This document shows, one piece after another, positions 11,726 to 23,708 of a stretch of DNA of 64,000 nt. This DNA is from Lepidodermella squamata (lineage: Eukaryota; Animalia; Gastrotricha). Within the stretch, counting starts at the first letter, position 1, and each line of letters opens with the position of its first letter. The stretch covers positions 1,550,001 through 1,614,000 of the forward strand of contig JBLDXI010000017.1 in the NCBI GenBank assembly GCA_047495785.1, in the 5' to 3' direction. The notes beneath the pieces were generated by a model that was not told where the DNA came from, made no database searches, and worked only from the letters and a program-made list of their open reading frames with translations. A program made the translations under genes and the position numbers.

Positions 11726-14700
11726 ATGACCGACGTTGAGAAGGCCTGGACATCTGTTTGTGAGCTAATATACGCTCACAACAACTTCAGTGAGCCGTCG
11801 GCCACTCGGCAGCGTGCTCTCGAAGAACTCGAAAAATTCCGTGAACAATCGCCGTACGTTATCCAAGTTGGATTTTTACTTGCCGGTGGGACGATACATG
11901 CAAACTGTCTTTCAACTCTGAAACTCCAATGCCAGCAATACGGTTTTTATTTACTCTCTGGATATATAATGTAAGTGATCCGTCGTGACAATATTTCTGA
12001 AATGATTTTCAATTCCTGTTTTAGTTCTCGATGGGAACAGACGAGTGTTCAAGATAAGAAGGCTGTTAAAGAGAGCTTGGTACAGTTGATGCAAGAGGTT
12101 AGTTTATGATAACTGTACAATTTCAAGTAATTTCGTTATCTTTCTAGAAACTGGACTCGTCATGGCCTCGTTTTATCAAAGACGCCTGCGCGAAAGTAGT
12201 CGTGGAATTGGCGAAACGAGAATGGCCCCAAGCCTGGCCCGATCTTGTCTCAATTTTGTATAACACCTCGAACCGATCAACGTCCCATCAGACCTTCGTT
12301 ATGCTCATCTACTTGCGGTTAGCCGAAGATATTTTCGAGCTCGATTCTCTGCTAACCCTCGAACGGCGCCGTGACTTGCGTTACAGCATCGTTCAAACCT
12401 TGGAGAATGGCTTCTTCGAGTTGATAATTAGTTGTTTTGAAAAACTGAATACAGCCTGTAAAATGGGCTCGCTTAAGGAGGATGAAAAAGAAATGTTGAA
12501 CTGCGTGATTGATGTGATGAATGAATTTTTGTCGTGGCTGCCTCATAACGTTATATTCGCTAAAAACGACCGGTTGATTCCGCTGATGCTCGACGCCATC
12601 ATCTCACACCCGCCTGCGATTAAAACACGAATCGTCAGCGCTCTCACTAACTTGTTCCACAATGAATCGTGCAAATGCAAACCGGCTGTTCTCGATTTTT
12701 TCACCGACTCTCTGTTTGAAACGTTCCAGAAGGCAGCGGCTACGGGCGATTACGAGTTTTTCAAGGCGGCTGGTCGATTTTTCTGCGCTCTCTCCCCTCA
12801 CATAATTTCGCAGTGGGATACTGTGAAAAACCGACAAAAGTTGGATATCGCTCTCAAATATTTTACGTTTCTACTAGAAATGACTCGGCACCCCTCTCAG
12901 GTTAGAAAAATCAATCCAATTTGAAATTGAGTTGTAATTTTTTGTTATTTCCAGTCAATCTCGGCGATGACTATGGACATGTGGATTCGCTTGTTGCGCC
13001 ATGTTTCAGTCAAAACGTCGGAGCCGATGAAGAAAATAATTCCAGAATTAGTCGCAGCTCTTCGCCTTCGTTTGCTCAAGGTCGGGCTGCCCTCGCTCAA
13101 CAACCACGTCGCATGCGCCTATGCTCGTCAGGATTTCACATCAGATGAAGAATTCTCCGCCTTTTTCAGCTGTACGTTTGAATCTCTTGGCTATTAAAAT
13201 TGATCCGATTGCGCACTCGACTCAGATTTCAAGACAACAGGTGGATGGATGTTAGCGATCAGTTTCCACTTTTTGTCGGAAGTTATTGATAGTGACTTCA
13301 AAATTCATAGTAAAATTTACGGAAATGAGTTTGAAATTTGAAACGAATTTCCGAAATCTAAGCCTAATTTTGGAAAAACAAAATGTTTCCTCGTGTCGGG
13401 TGCGCATATCGGTCTTCTCATTTTCAAATGATGGTAATATTCACTTTGACCTGAATCTTTTTGATGTCAATCAGAGAACTGATGATTCTAAATTAAAATT
13501 CAAAGAGCCACCTTAATTTTTTACCTATCGGAAAATTTCATTTTTTTATTCAATATTTTCCAGTGTACCGAAGTTTGATTCTGCAAATCATCATCTGCCT
13601 AGTGCCGCTAAGCCCCGATGACATCCTGCTGGCAATGCAACACTCGATTTCCGATTGTTGGACCCAGTTTGAGAAGGAACTCGGCCAGGGCGGTGGGGTA
13701 AAAGACTCAGAATCACTCCTAGCAGCCTACATCGATGGCGCTTCAATTCTGGTCGGCACTTGCGGAACCGTTCTACGTAACCACATCTCGAAGTTGACCG
13801 AAAAACTGCCGAGTGGTTTCGACGAAGTAGCCCTTGCAAGTTTCGCCTCGTCCGCTATCGTCTTACTACTGCGGTGCTCGACGAAAATCAAGGGCAAACT
13901 GAATCTTCAAGTCGGTTATCTCGATCTTCTCGTACGATTGACGCGCATGTGCGGCCCACCCAGTGCCCTGGGCGACCCGAACTACGCCGTCCTACTCGTT
14001 GCGGTTGAAGTCCTCGACAACCTGGAGCATTCGACTAACATGGCCCCGAACGAACGCCCGGTAGATTGGATGCGGCAGCGCTGTTTCATCGCTTCCTACC
14101 TGGTAGAACTAGCCTCGACGTGCGGAAAATACTTAGTCCCCCATTTTGCCTCGGTTTTCTACCCAAGGTTATGGCGTGAGCTCGATGTTGTCTCGCACAT
14201 ATTCAACAGCAATGCAATCGGCACTTTCCGGGCAGATATTTGCCTGCTATGCGAATCTCTCGTCCTATTAGGAAATCACCTGAGCTCCGATGATCGTGGT
14301 ATTTTGATTCGTGGCTTGATTGCGGTGGTCGAACGAATTTTTGCCGAGTTTGAGGAGAATTTCGTTTCCACATTTGCGTACTGTCGTTTTATCGGTCTTC
14401 AAGGCACCCAGCCGAATTCGTCGACGCAGATTAACGAATTCATCCACAGGCAGAATAATTTGCGATTCTCAGCCCGTCTCCTTGCCGGAATTCTACGGCG
14501 TTTCAGTGGCGATGTTGGCTCTGAGTTACACCCACTTCTCCAGCCGATTCTGCCCCGATTTCTCTCTGCAATTCGAGTTTCTATGGCAATCTGGGCCCCT
14601 GATGAGCGCGTTCGGGCTGGCGTGAAACCTGAGCTGATGGTCGTTTTCGATGTTAGCGAAAGTGACCGGAAGGCTCTGTTAGGTCTGCCGACTGTTTCAT

Positions 14701-16411
14701 CATGGGTGAGAAGTGCTGAGATGCAAGACGCGGATGATACTGTTGTGATGTTCTCGCAAGCAGCCTCCTTAACCGACCCGGCCGTCATGCAGAAGTACCG
14801 AAATTTCGTGACGTCATTCGCCGAGTTTTCTTTCCAATTGCTAGCTCATTTCGCCAAAATTTTTGGCACGTTGTTCTATTCGTCGCCGAATGTTGGCAGC
14901 GAACTAGCGGCGGTGTTGTTTACCGGTCTGCCGCAGTACCCTGTTCCGCTGCTGAAAACGTTCATCCGCGCTTTCCTTCGTCCTTTTGTGCTCAATTGTC
15001 CGGTGGCGGCGCATAACGACGCCGTTGTCCCGTTGCTGCGGCCTTTCGTCGCGCATCTCAATACGTTGCTCAAGCAGCGGTGGGCCGAGCTCGAGCGCAG
15101 CGCCGAGTCGAGTCAGAACGAGCAGGCTGAGATTGTCGAAACAGAAACCACGCGACAGCTCACGCAAGAATACATGTCATTCTGCTGTAAGTCCACCTTA
15201 AATTATGTCAAAATTTTGTTGTTTTTTTGCCTTGAAAATGTTAAGGGCACCGTGGTGTTAAAAGAGCTTGAGCTGAACATTAATGACAGGAAAAACGTGG
15301 CCTAATATCTTGACGTAGCGTAGAAATGGAAAAGAAAAAAGGGTAGAATTCGAATCAAATGTAAAATCAGAGAATTCAAAATATCTTTGCTATTTAAGTT
15401 AGCACACCGATGTATTTTGCTGAATATTTAAATTCCTGGCTCTAATTTGGAATAAAAATGTGCTAAAAATTATTTTATGGGGTAACATTTTAACGAATTT
15501 TTTCTTTTTTTTCAGTCGATCTTCTGGTCTTTAACCCCGCCAAAGGTCAGAAAAAGTCTGCCGGAAATCAAGATAGTGACGGTGTTTCGATGGACGACAG
15601 TCTGATAACGGAACACGATAGCGAAAACACTGCTGATGGAAATGCCGATGATTCTCAAAATAAGGAGGGTACTAACGGCGACTCGACGGCGAAAACCAAT
15701 AGTCAGGCAAATGACGGCCAACCCCCGCCCTTAGTCCTATCCGAAATCGGACGAATGCTGTTCGCATCAAACCTCGACATCGGAGCTGGTCTTTTAGAAA
15801 CCCTAGTGATGGCTGTAGGCTGGCCGGATACATGGTCGTGCAGCCGGTCAATGACTACGCTGAAAGTTCTTCTTCCAGTTGTGCTAAGCGAGTTACGGTT
15901 ATTCCCAGAACAAGGCCCCAGTGGTATTATGCTGTGTATAGCTCGAGGTTTTGCAATAAACGGCCAGCATGAGGAAATGCGGCCGGGTTTGATCAGCCTG
16001 GCCCTGGTCGCCTACGAATTTGCGAGCATAGGCGGCTATACAAGCCACAAATTGGCGTTGAAAGAACTCGCCGGTTGGGATGATAACCAGCTGGCTGCGT
16101 TCGAAAGCGACGTCTTCGCCCTGAGTGAGGCGTCGAAGGTGTCGAAAGTCACCCCGTCCACGCAGACGAATGGCAGCTCGAAGAAACCCCCGACTAAGAA
16201 AACCGTCCGCGATTTGAAGGGCCGTTTGGCCAATGTTTTGACCCCGTTAGTTGGCCGGCCGGCTTCGAAGCGATTCGCCCGCAGTGATGCTAAGGCTATT
16301 GCGACCCCGGTTGGCGCGGCGACGGTCGCCCCGGCTCCAGGTGCCATCGCTGAGGAGAAGGCGCGGCGCCGTGCCGAGCAAATGTTAGAACTCGATGCGT
16401 TGTTTACGTGA
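11726..16411 (+). CDS. XPO5: Exportin-5 (exons 11726-11970, 12025-12097, 12148-12900, 12955-13171, 13564-15186, 15516-16411)
   Basis: Importin-beta N-terminal and Xpo1 motifs (VELAKREWPQAWPD, LRLAED, RRRDL); XPO5-typical CAYARQDFTSDEEFSAFF, EQAEIVETETTRQLTQEY, WPDT, NGQHEE. Confidence 0.88.
13428..13482 (+). ncRNA. SNORD37: Intronic box C/D snoRNA, U37/SNORD37-like (guide to 28S rRNA GUCAAAGUGAA)
   Basis: Box C ATGATGG 13428, guide TTCACTTTGAC 13440-13450, D' CTGA 13451, C' TTGATGT 13461, D CTGA 13479, short TCA/TGA terminal stem; guide is the exact complement of a conserved LSU segment; lies ~80 nt upstream of the 3' splice site. Confidence 0.85.
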
Positions 16412-16531
16412 TACGAACACTAGCTATAAAAACTGATAGTAATTATTATTTCTGACCGACTGCTAAAACTGACTGATGTACAAAACGATATGAATTATTG
16501 TGAATAAAATTACGAAAAATCGAGCACATTA

Positions 16532-16560
<29 letters not shown>
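16532..16560. repeat. (TAT)n microsatellite
   Basis: About 10 perfect trinucleotide units downstream of XPO5. Confidence 0.9.
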
Positions 16561-16563
<3 letters not shown>

Positions 16564-17234
16564 AGTTCTATCATCTTCTTCTACCGCCTTCTTGCGCTGA
16601 CTTGTGAAGTTGTAATAATGATGATGATATGATATGGTGTTCATCGTTTGTCTTATCGAATCGAGTGCTATTCATTCGTTCGATGAGTGATAAAAAGCGT
16701 CTTTTGTTGCATTTCATTACATTTGCGATGCTCTTTCAAATAAAACGAGTCGTTGGGTTACTAATTCATGTCTTGATGAGTTGTTCAGAAGGATTGTTAA
16801 TATTTATAGATTTTCGGGAATCCAGTTCGAAATTGCCGAAATTGACGATGCAATATGCAATCAAACGGAAAATCTGCGCTGAAAGATTAATTTTTCCGAA
16901 TTTCTTGAATAAGTAAAGTACGGATTTTCAAATGGAGAATCGATGCACCATGTCCTTTTGTCGTGAACGCTCGCTTCCATTCATAGCAGTTCATTGAGTT
17001 ATATGTCATATAGGAAAACATTCTCATTCAATAAACCCATGAATATACTGTTCAAAAGTAGCGATGGCTACATTCAAATGTCGCTTTCCATTTACAGATT
17101 TTTACAAATCCTGGCCTCCAGAAAAACTTAACCTGGACTATAAGGCGGACCCAAGATATTATTTTGTCGCACCGGATTCGCACCAGTAAAATTAACTTTC
17201 TGACTTAAAATCTCTAGGTAGGTAGCTGTTTCTT

Positions 17235-18307
17235 ATGGCGGATGACCCGACAAATAATACCGAATGGGTCATTCTGGTGAGACATTTTAATCCTACAACC
17301 ACTGAATTTTCATATTTAATCCAAAAGGCTATATGTGGCGGCTTGGTAGTCATGACTGCCATTATATTGCTGGCAGTGTTTTGCTGTTGTGGAATTTGTA
17401 AGCAAAGAGGGATGTGCATGCCAGGAAGCGGCGGAATGTGTATGCCTCAGGGGCAACAAATAGTCTATCAGATTGGTAATTTTCCAGTTTCGTCTCTGAG
17501 TTCAGCTGATCAAACTTCGGATTTTCAGCTCCTGGGGGCCAGAATCCTCTACAGCCAGCGATGACGGGGGTTACTGCGGATGGAGGGGGCGGTGGGGCGA
17601 ACCCTGTACCAGACCCAACTTTCGTTTCGGACATAAACTCAGGCGGCAATCTGCAATTCAATAACCAGGGTCTTGGTGGCAAAACTGGAATGATGATGGG
17701 GAATAAACTTCAACTGGTCAAATTAAAAAATAGCGACCCTACTACTGCAGTTCGTGCTGTGGCTCGGCAATACTACAACGCCCCAGACCCTAATGAAGTG
17801 CCAGAAGAACCCGAACCTGAGCCGCCGATGCCAAATGAACCCTCTGGCCCAACGTTTGTGGTTCAAGACAGGTATAGTTTCATCATATATAAAATGCAAC
17901 GAAGGCATGTCCGAAATAGAGTGCATGGATGGTAAGGATGGGCATCTCTCTAGATGTTGCTGGTAACGATTTTTATTTACTGTATTACTGGTATACCAGG
18001 CGTAAGGACAAACCCGAAAGTAGCGCGCTTGCAAGTTTTCAAATTTCAAAATGTTAAGGGGGCTTGGAATTTTGTGAGGAATGTATTCCATTACGTTTCG
18101 ACTTTATTCAACTCGGCTATCGCAGTGATATTTATTCTTGTTTCAGCGGCTTCTCTCGGGGAAGGGCAGCACCTCCTTATCAAATCATCAGATCAAGGGA
18201 TCCAGACTTCGACAGGTATGCTCGAGTATATAATTACTGTAAATATCCAAATTTTTTGTTGTCATTTCAGAACACGGTGGGCACCGCCATGGCAACGAAG
18301 AAACTGA
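17235..18307 (+). CDS. Single-pass membrane protein with juxtamembrane Cys cluster and Pro/Gly-rich tail; exon structure partly uncertain
   Basis: TM AICGGLVVMTAIILLAVF followed by CCCGICK; short GT-AG introns at about 17277-17327, 17475-17528 and 18216-18270 link the ORFs; the 5' end and the 17870-18146 region are ambiguous. Confidence 0.5.
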
Positions 18308-18921
18308 AGCTGGATCGTAATTCAATATAGTTCTTACTCTCGTCTTTGAAAGAAAATAAAACATGAATTTGCACGATCCGCGACTGGCATTTTATTTTTT
18401 CAATACTAAAATTCGGATTTTTTTCACCCAAAATCCCCATAGTTGAAATCATCAAACGTGCGAAATCACAACAGTGAATAGCGCACTATCATTCAGAGTA
18501 ATAACACATAAGGGCAATATAAGTTAGCTCTCATAACGATCTGAGTAACCGAATTTTCAATAATTTATTTTTCTATAGACGCAAATACAAGTATAAACAA
18601 TCCAGTCCCACTGGCAATAAGATTATTTATTCCACATTAGTTATGATAATAATAATACATCTCTCAAGCATTCATAGTCTGTACAAGTAACGTTGCACGG
18701 TTTTTCACACAATTCATTTTGCAGCCGGTATTCAAATATAGCACATCGGCTCCCCGGGATGTTGAATGCACGGAAGGACACAACGCGTCACTCGAAGAAA
18801 GACGTAAACCCCAATAATATTAACGGAGAAGACACGGTCCAGCAGTTTCTCAGATTTGTCCATCATAATAAAGCAAGATTCGCAATATTAAATAATTTTC
18901 TATAGTTATATCGTCATTTTT

Positions 18922-21900
18922 TCAAGGTCCGAGACCTGGGTTCATTTGAGGTGGACGGTGTTGGTTTTGAGGCGGGGGCGGTCCAGGCGGGAACTGGCCT
19001 CGGAAATTAGAGGGTGACGGGCCCGGGAACGGGAAAGGCGGGACTGCTCCTCGAGGCGCACCAGGGGGCGGAAAAACGCCGGGCGGTGGCATTTGACCGG
19101 GGAAAAATTGACCTGGTGGTGGCATACCGGGCGGCGGAGGGTAAAAGCTGCCTGGAGGACCATTCGGAGGTAAAAATGGGGGTCGAGGCGGGAATTGAGG
19201 CGGCGGCGGAGGCCCACCGGCGGCTGCTAATGTCCGCAACTCCTCGTCTTCTGAGCCAGATGATGACCCAGTCTCGCCGTCAGACTCGGTTTCCTCATCT
19301 TCACCCTCAGGCTGGTATTCGTTCGACGGGTATGGATTATGGCCAGGGGCGATATGTCGCGGCATCTGACCTGGGAATGTCGCAACACCAGGTCGAGGTG
19401 GGAATGGCACCCTAAAATAAAATGATAAAATTTAAAATTTGAAGTCACCGAAGTTGATAATAGGCTGAAAAGACGTTGAAGCTTACCCGGGCCGAGCAGG
19501 GGGTGTGCTCATGAAGCCATGAGGCCCCACTGGAGGCATCGGTGGCATCGGTCCGCCTCGATTCATTGGTGGCATAGGAGGTCCACCCATCATCGGAGGG
19601 AAGGGAGGCACGCCGGGCGGCGGCATAGGCGGCTGGGCACGTTGCGGTGAGCTCTGGGTCAAACTGGCCATGGACGCATTTATATCGCCAGGCGACATGT
19701 CAGCGGGGCCGCGGGGTGAGCTTGCGCCTTGAGAAGATCGGTCTGAAATAATTTAAGATTATAAAATTTCGAAAAATCCGTCTTAAATTCGTAATTTCTT
19801 GATGTTTTTAAATGGAGGGGTTTCATTACCTGAGGGCGGCCGAAGAGCCCATGGAGGGGGCGGAGGATGAAGCAAATGAGGAGGCATCGGTGGGATGAGA
19901 CCAGGCGGTGGCGGGAAAATCGGGCCCGAACCAGCCGCTGTAGGGCCGCTTCGATTCGCTGCCGTAACAGCGTTAGTCAATTGCTGCCTCAGTGCCTCAG
20001 CTTCGGATTGCGACTCCTTCAGCTGCCGCTCGAGAGCACGAGCTGAAGCCCACGACTCAATGGCTCGCTTCTCTTCCCTCGCGATGGCAGCTTTATGCGT
20101 TTGCTCCACCATTTGCAACTCGTTTTTCAAATATTCGACCTGATCTTTATGAGCAGCGACTTCCGCTTCAAGGTTCATCACCTTCTTCGATAGAGTATCG
20201 GTTTGACTTTCGCCGTGTTTTCGCCAAACCGATTCTTCGCCAATTTGTTTCTGCAGCTCCAACTCTCGACTAGTGAAATACTCAGAAAGAACCGATAATT
20301 TAGTCTCGGCTTCTCGCTTCTCCTGAACCGCGGTCATTTGCGTCTGTTTCAATTCAGAATTTTCGTCCTGCAACTTGGTTAATTTCGCATCAAGGGAGGA
20401 AATCGAATTAGTTGCCTCCTCCAGCTTTTCCTTAAGTAGAGCAACGTTCGATTGAGCGGCATCCACTTCAGCTCGAAGTTTCGACGAATCAGCGACTCGT
20501 TTCAGAGTGTCTTCCAACGACTCATCGGCATTATCCGAGTGTTGCAAAATCTCAAGTTCCGAGAACGATTTATACAGAGCTTGGTATTCTCGCACCCGCT
20601 CTTCGCAATACGACTCCAATTCGGCGTATCGTGTTGAAATTTGTCCGACTTCTTCGTCACGTTGCGAAATTTGCTGTCGGAGGGCTTCATTCATCTGTAA
20701 TACTTCTTGATATTGCTCGTTCAGCGCATTGCCGGCCGCTTCGTATTGCTGTAATTGAGCTGTTAGCGAGGCGATTTGCTCATCACGAGCCGAGATCTGA
20801 AGCTCTAGCTCATTCGATTTCTCCTCAAAAGCCGATAAATTTTTGATTAATCTAGCATTTTCTTCACGAGAAATATGCAGAAGTTGAGAGACCTCGGCGT
20901 GCGCGATTTGAGAATTGCGCATATCCTCCTTAAATTTAGCGATTTCCGCCCAAAGAGCCGCTCGTTCATTTCGCAGCGCATCAATTTCTTTCTGTTTCTC
21001 CACAGCGGCAGCCCCGCCGCCAGCAACAAAATCCTCCTCTGACTTTTTGAGCTCTTTATACTCTTTTTCAAGAGCGAAATGTTTCGCCTCCAAATTGCGA
21101 ACGTATTCGAGATCAACATTTGGAGCAACTCGCTTCGGCCCGAATAATTGAGATGTGAAAATCGTAAAACTCGACCAAAGGAAAATAACGAAAGGTATCA
21201 ACGTAGCCATTAAGGCAGTTGAAACGCTCATGCCGAAAGGTTGGCCGAGATAGAACGTTTTAATAAATAGCGGCATGCTGTCCAAATAATGCTCGATAAT
21301 ATCGTCGAGAAGCGTATGAGATTTGTTTTCATTATGATGATGGCCATGACTGTGGCCGTGGTCTGGAAGCGATTCGACGTCATTATGGCTGTGTTCAATC
21401 GTCGGCTCGACCGAGTCTAAGTGTCGAACATCGCGGTCTTGAGTACCAAGAGGTTCGATTGGCTCGAAATTGCGGATGTTGTCAATTGGCGGCGCAAGAG
21501 TAGTAGTAGTCAGGGCTTCGTGTTTTTGCCTGAATTTTCCGATCAAGTCTTGCGGTTTCCGAATTTCGGCCACAGGCGGTTTCTTATCAGCGTCAATCTG
21601 TTCGTGGGAATGAGCTGGTCGTTCAGGGATCGGCTCGATATTAGGATTCATGCCCTGATTTCCGCCTGGCGACAACGGTGGCGGTTCAATAATCGGAGAT
21701 GTCGTTGTTGTTGGTACGACTTCAGGCCTGCTTTCAGATGTAGTGAAAACTACCGCTTCCGCCGTTGTAACTTCAACTGCAACTGTCGTGGTTTCAGGCA
21801 TCGGCGTAGTGGTCGTGGTCGTAGTCGTAGTAGTGGTAGTGGTTGAAGGTTCAGGTGGGATAACTTCAATCCTTTCCTCCTTAACAAGATGACGATGGGT

Positions 21901-22767
21901 TGGATTTTCAATCGGAGGAGTAACTTGCACTGCCTCAGTTGTAGTCGCGGGGGCTTCAGTAGTAGTAGTTGTTGGACTAGGCGTAGTTGAAGTAGTTGTC
22001 GTAGTTGTTGTCGCGGGCTCTTCAGTTGTCTCTTGAGCAGGCGGGGTTAATTGAGCAGCATCTTCATTCGTTACGGGAGGTTTGACCACGCGACGACCAA
22101 GCGATTCAATAAACGGTTCATGATCACCACTGTGATTAATTTCGTCGTCATGATCGTCGATCAACCTGTGGTCTCGATCCTCGTGATCGTGTTCGCCGTC
22201 ATCCTCATCCAGAGGCAAATTTTCGACTTTGTCGGCTGGAAGGGTAACAGAATGACGATGCGGCGGAGGAACAGTTGTAGTTGTCACGGGCGGTTCTTCA
22301 GGGGTAGCCGAAACATTTGCAGAGGCGTTTAACGCTGATGACTGCGAGTCCTGGCCAGTTTCGCTTGATGGAATTGGAGTTGTAGTACTTTCTAAGGTAG
22401 GAGGCGCTTTTGCTAGAAGTTGAGCAGCCTCCTCTTGCACAGGATCCGGGGCAGAAGCATTGTTAACCTCGGCTACAGAGCTAGCGTTATTCGTGTCACC
22501 ATCCGTTGCAATTGCTGATTCGGTTTTTGAAGAAACTACGCTTTCACTCACCGGTGCAGATGGTTCACTTTGACTGTCGGTGTCAGTCAATGTTTCACCA
22601 CGCAGCCTACTTGAATCAGATGCTGAGCTAGCAGATTGGGAATCTGTAGGGTGCACAAAGTTAGAGTAAGATTCAGCCCAACCAAATAAGTCTATTGTTG
22701 ACTTACATGCTACATTTGAAATCAGCAGGAAAATGAACAATACAATCCCAGTGTACTTTGAAAACAT
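18922..22767 (-). CDS. MIA3: TANGO1/MIA3/cTAGE5-family ER-exit-site protein (exons 22767-19830, 19742-19487, 19411-18922)
   Basis: Signal peptide, long lumenal region, TM, coiled coils with LSVLSEYFTSRELELQKQIG and EKRAIESWASARALER, PPP-rich tail containing a Ser/acidic motif. Confidence 0.82.
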
Positions 22768-22913
22768 TAAAATCTACGTAAATCCATAGCATAATTAAAA
22801 GCCAAGGTAAGTGGAATCATTCATTCTTTTATTCTTAAATTGAATCTGCACCAGCACAAGCTCAGCGAGCGTATGTACAAATAGCTCTCCTATCTCACCA
22901 ACAAATGGTAAGT

Positions 22914-23708
22914 TTACTCGTCATCGGCTTCGCTTCCGGCTTCTTCCTTATCACCGCTAGCGGCCTTCTTCAGGTTCCTTCTCTTAACGCGGCCGGGGCG
23001 ACCACCACCAAGAGGTGACTTCATGCTGAAATCGATATGCTTCTGGGCCTCAAGGCGGACCATGAAGGAGGGCACGTTGACGATCTGCTTGCGGACACGG
23101 ATGTGACGTTGGCGGATCAACACACGAGCGTGATGGATTGAGCGAGCCAAGCTCATTTTGAAGACCTGGGTTTGGAGGCGGCGTTCCAAGAAATCTTCGA
23201 TCTTCAAACCAAGGACGTAATCGAGCTTCATCTTGTCCTCGGCCAGGACACCCATCTTAACCAGACGGCGCAGAAGGGCGTTACCTTCGAAGAGACGCTT
23301 GGGGTCCTTCTCTTCCAGGGTGAGCAAAGTTCGGGCGGCGTGGCGAACTTTGGCGAGAGCGTATTTGACGCGCCAGAGCTCACGCTTGTTGCGGAGACCG
23401 TACTGGCCAATCAGCTTAAGCTCCTGGTCCAAGCGTTCCTTTTCCCAAGGACGACGGGGGGTAACGTAGACCTTGGAATAGATGAACCGCAAGCGGTGGT
23501 TATTCCGCTTCGGCCGCTTAATAGTGAAAACCATTGGCTGGCCTAAAGAAATGGAAATGAAAATTATAAAACCGCAAATATAAGTAGAGCCGAAGTGAAA
23601 AGTTAGGCGTAAAGTGCATAAAAACAGAGTGGAAAAGTGGATTCTTCAAAATTAGAAGCTATTTTTGTCCGGAATTAAAGCTAAAATAACGAGAACAGAC
23701 ATCACCAT
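22914..23708 (-). CDS. RPS9: 40S ribosomal protein S9 (uS4); probable ATG-only exon 23708-23706 spliced to 23537-22914
   Basis: [34 protein letters not shown]...GGRPGRVKR; upstream ATG|gt with acceptor cag|CCA gives the canonical M-P start; pyrimidine-rich (TOP-like) leader 23765-23709. Confidence 0.95.

Noticed and set aside
13428-13482. Assignment of the XPO5 snoRNA to U36/snR47
   Set aside because: The D'+5 rule points to the second A of GUCAAAG, six nt upstream of the U36/snR47 site, which matches U37.
21820-22010. GTA/GTC/GTT triplet repeats
   Set aside because: They encode the poly-Thr tracts of the TANGO1-like protein and are not an independent repeat element.
7939-23546. Numerous antisense or alternative-frame ORFs of 60-140 aa overlapping FEZ, AUH, XPO5, TANGO1 and RPS9
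   Set aside because: Expected shadows of GC-richer coding sequence; no motifs or independent splice signals.
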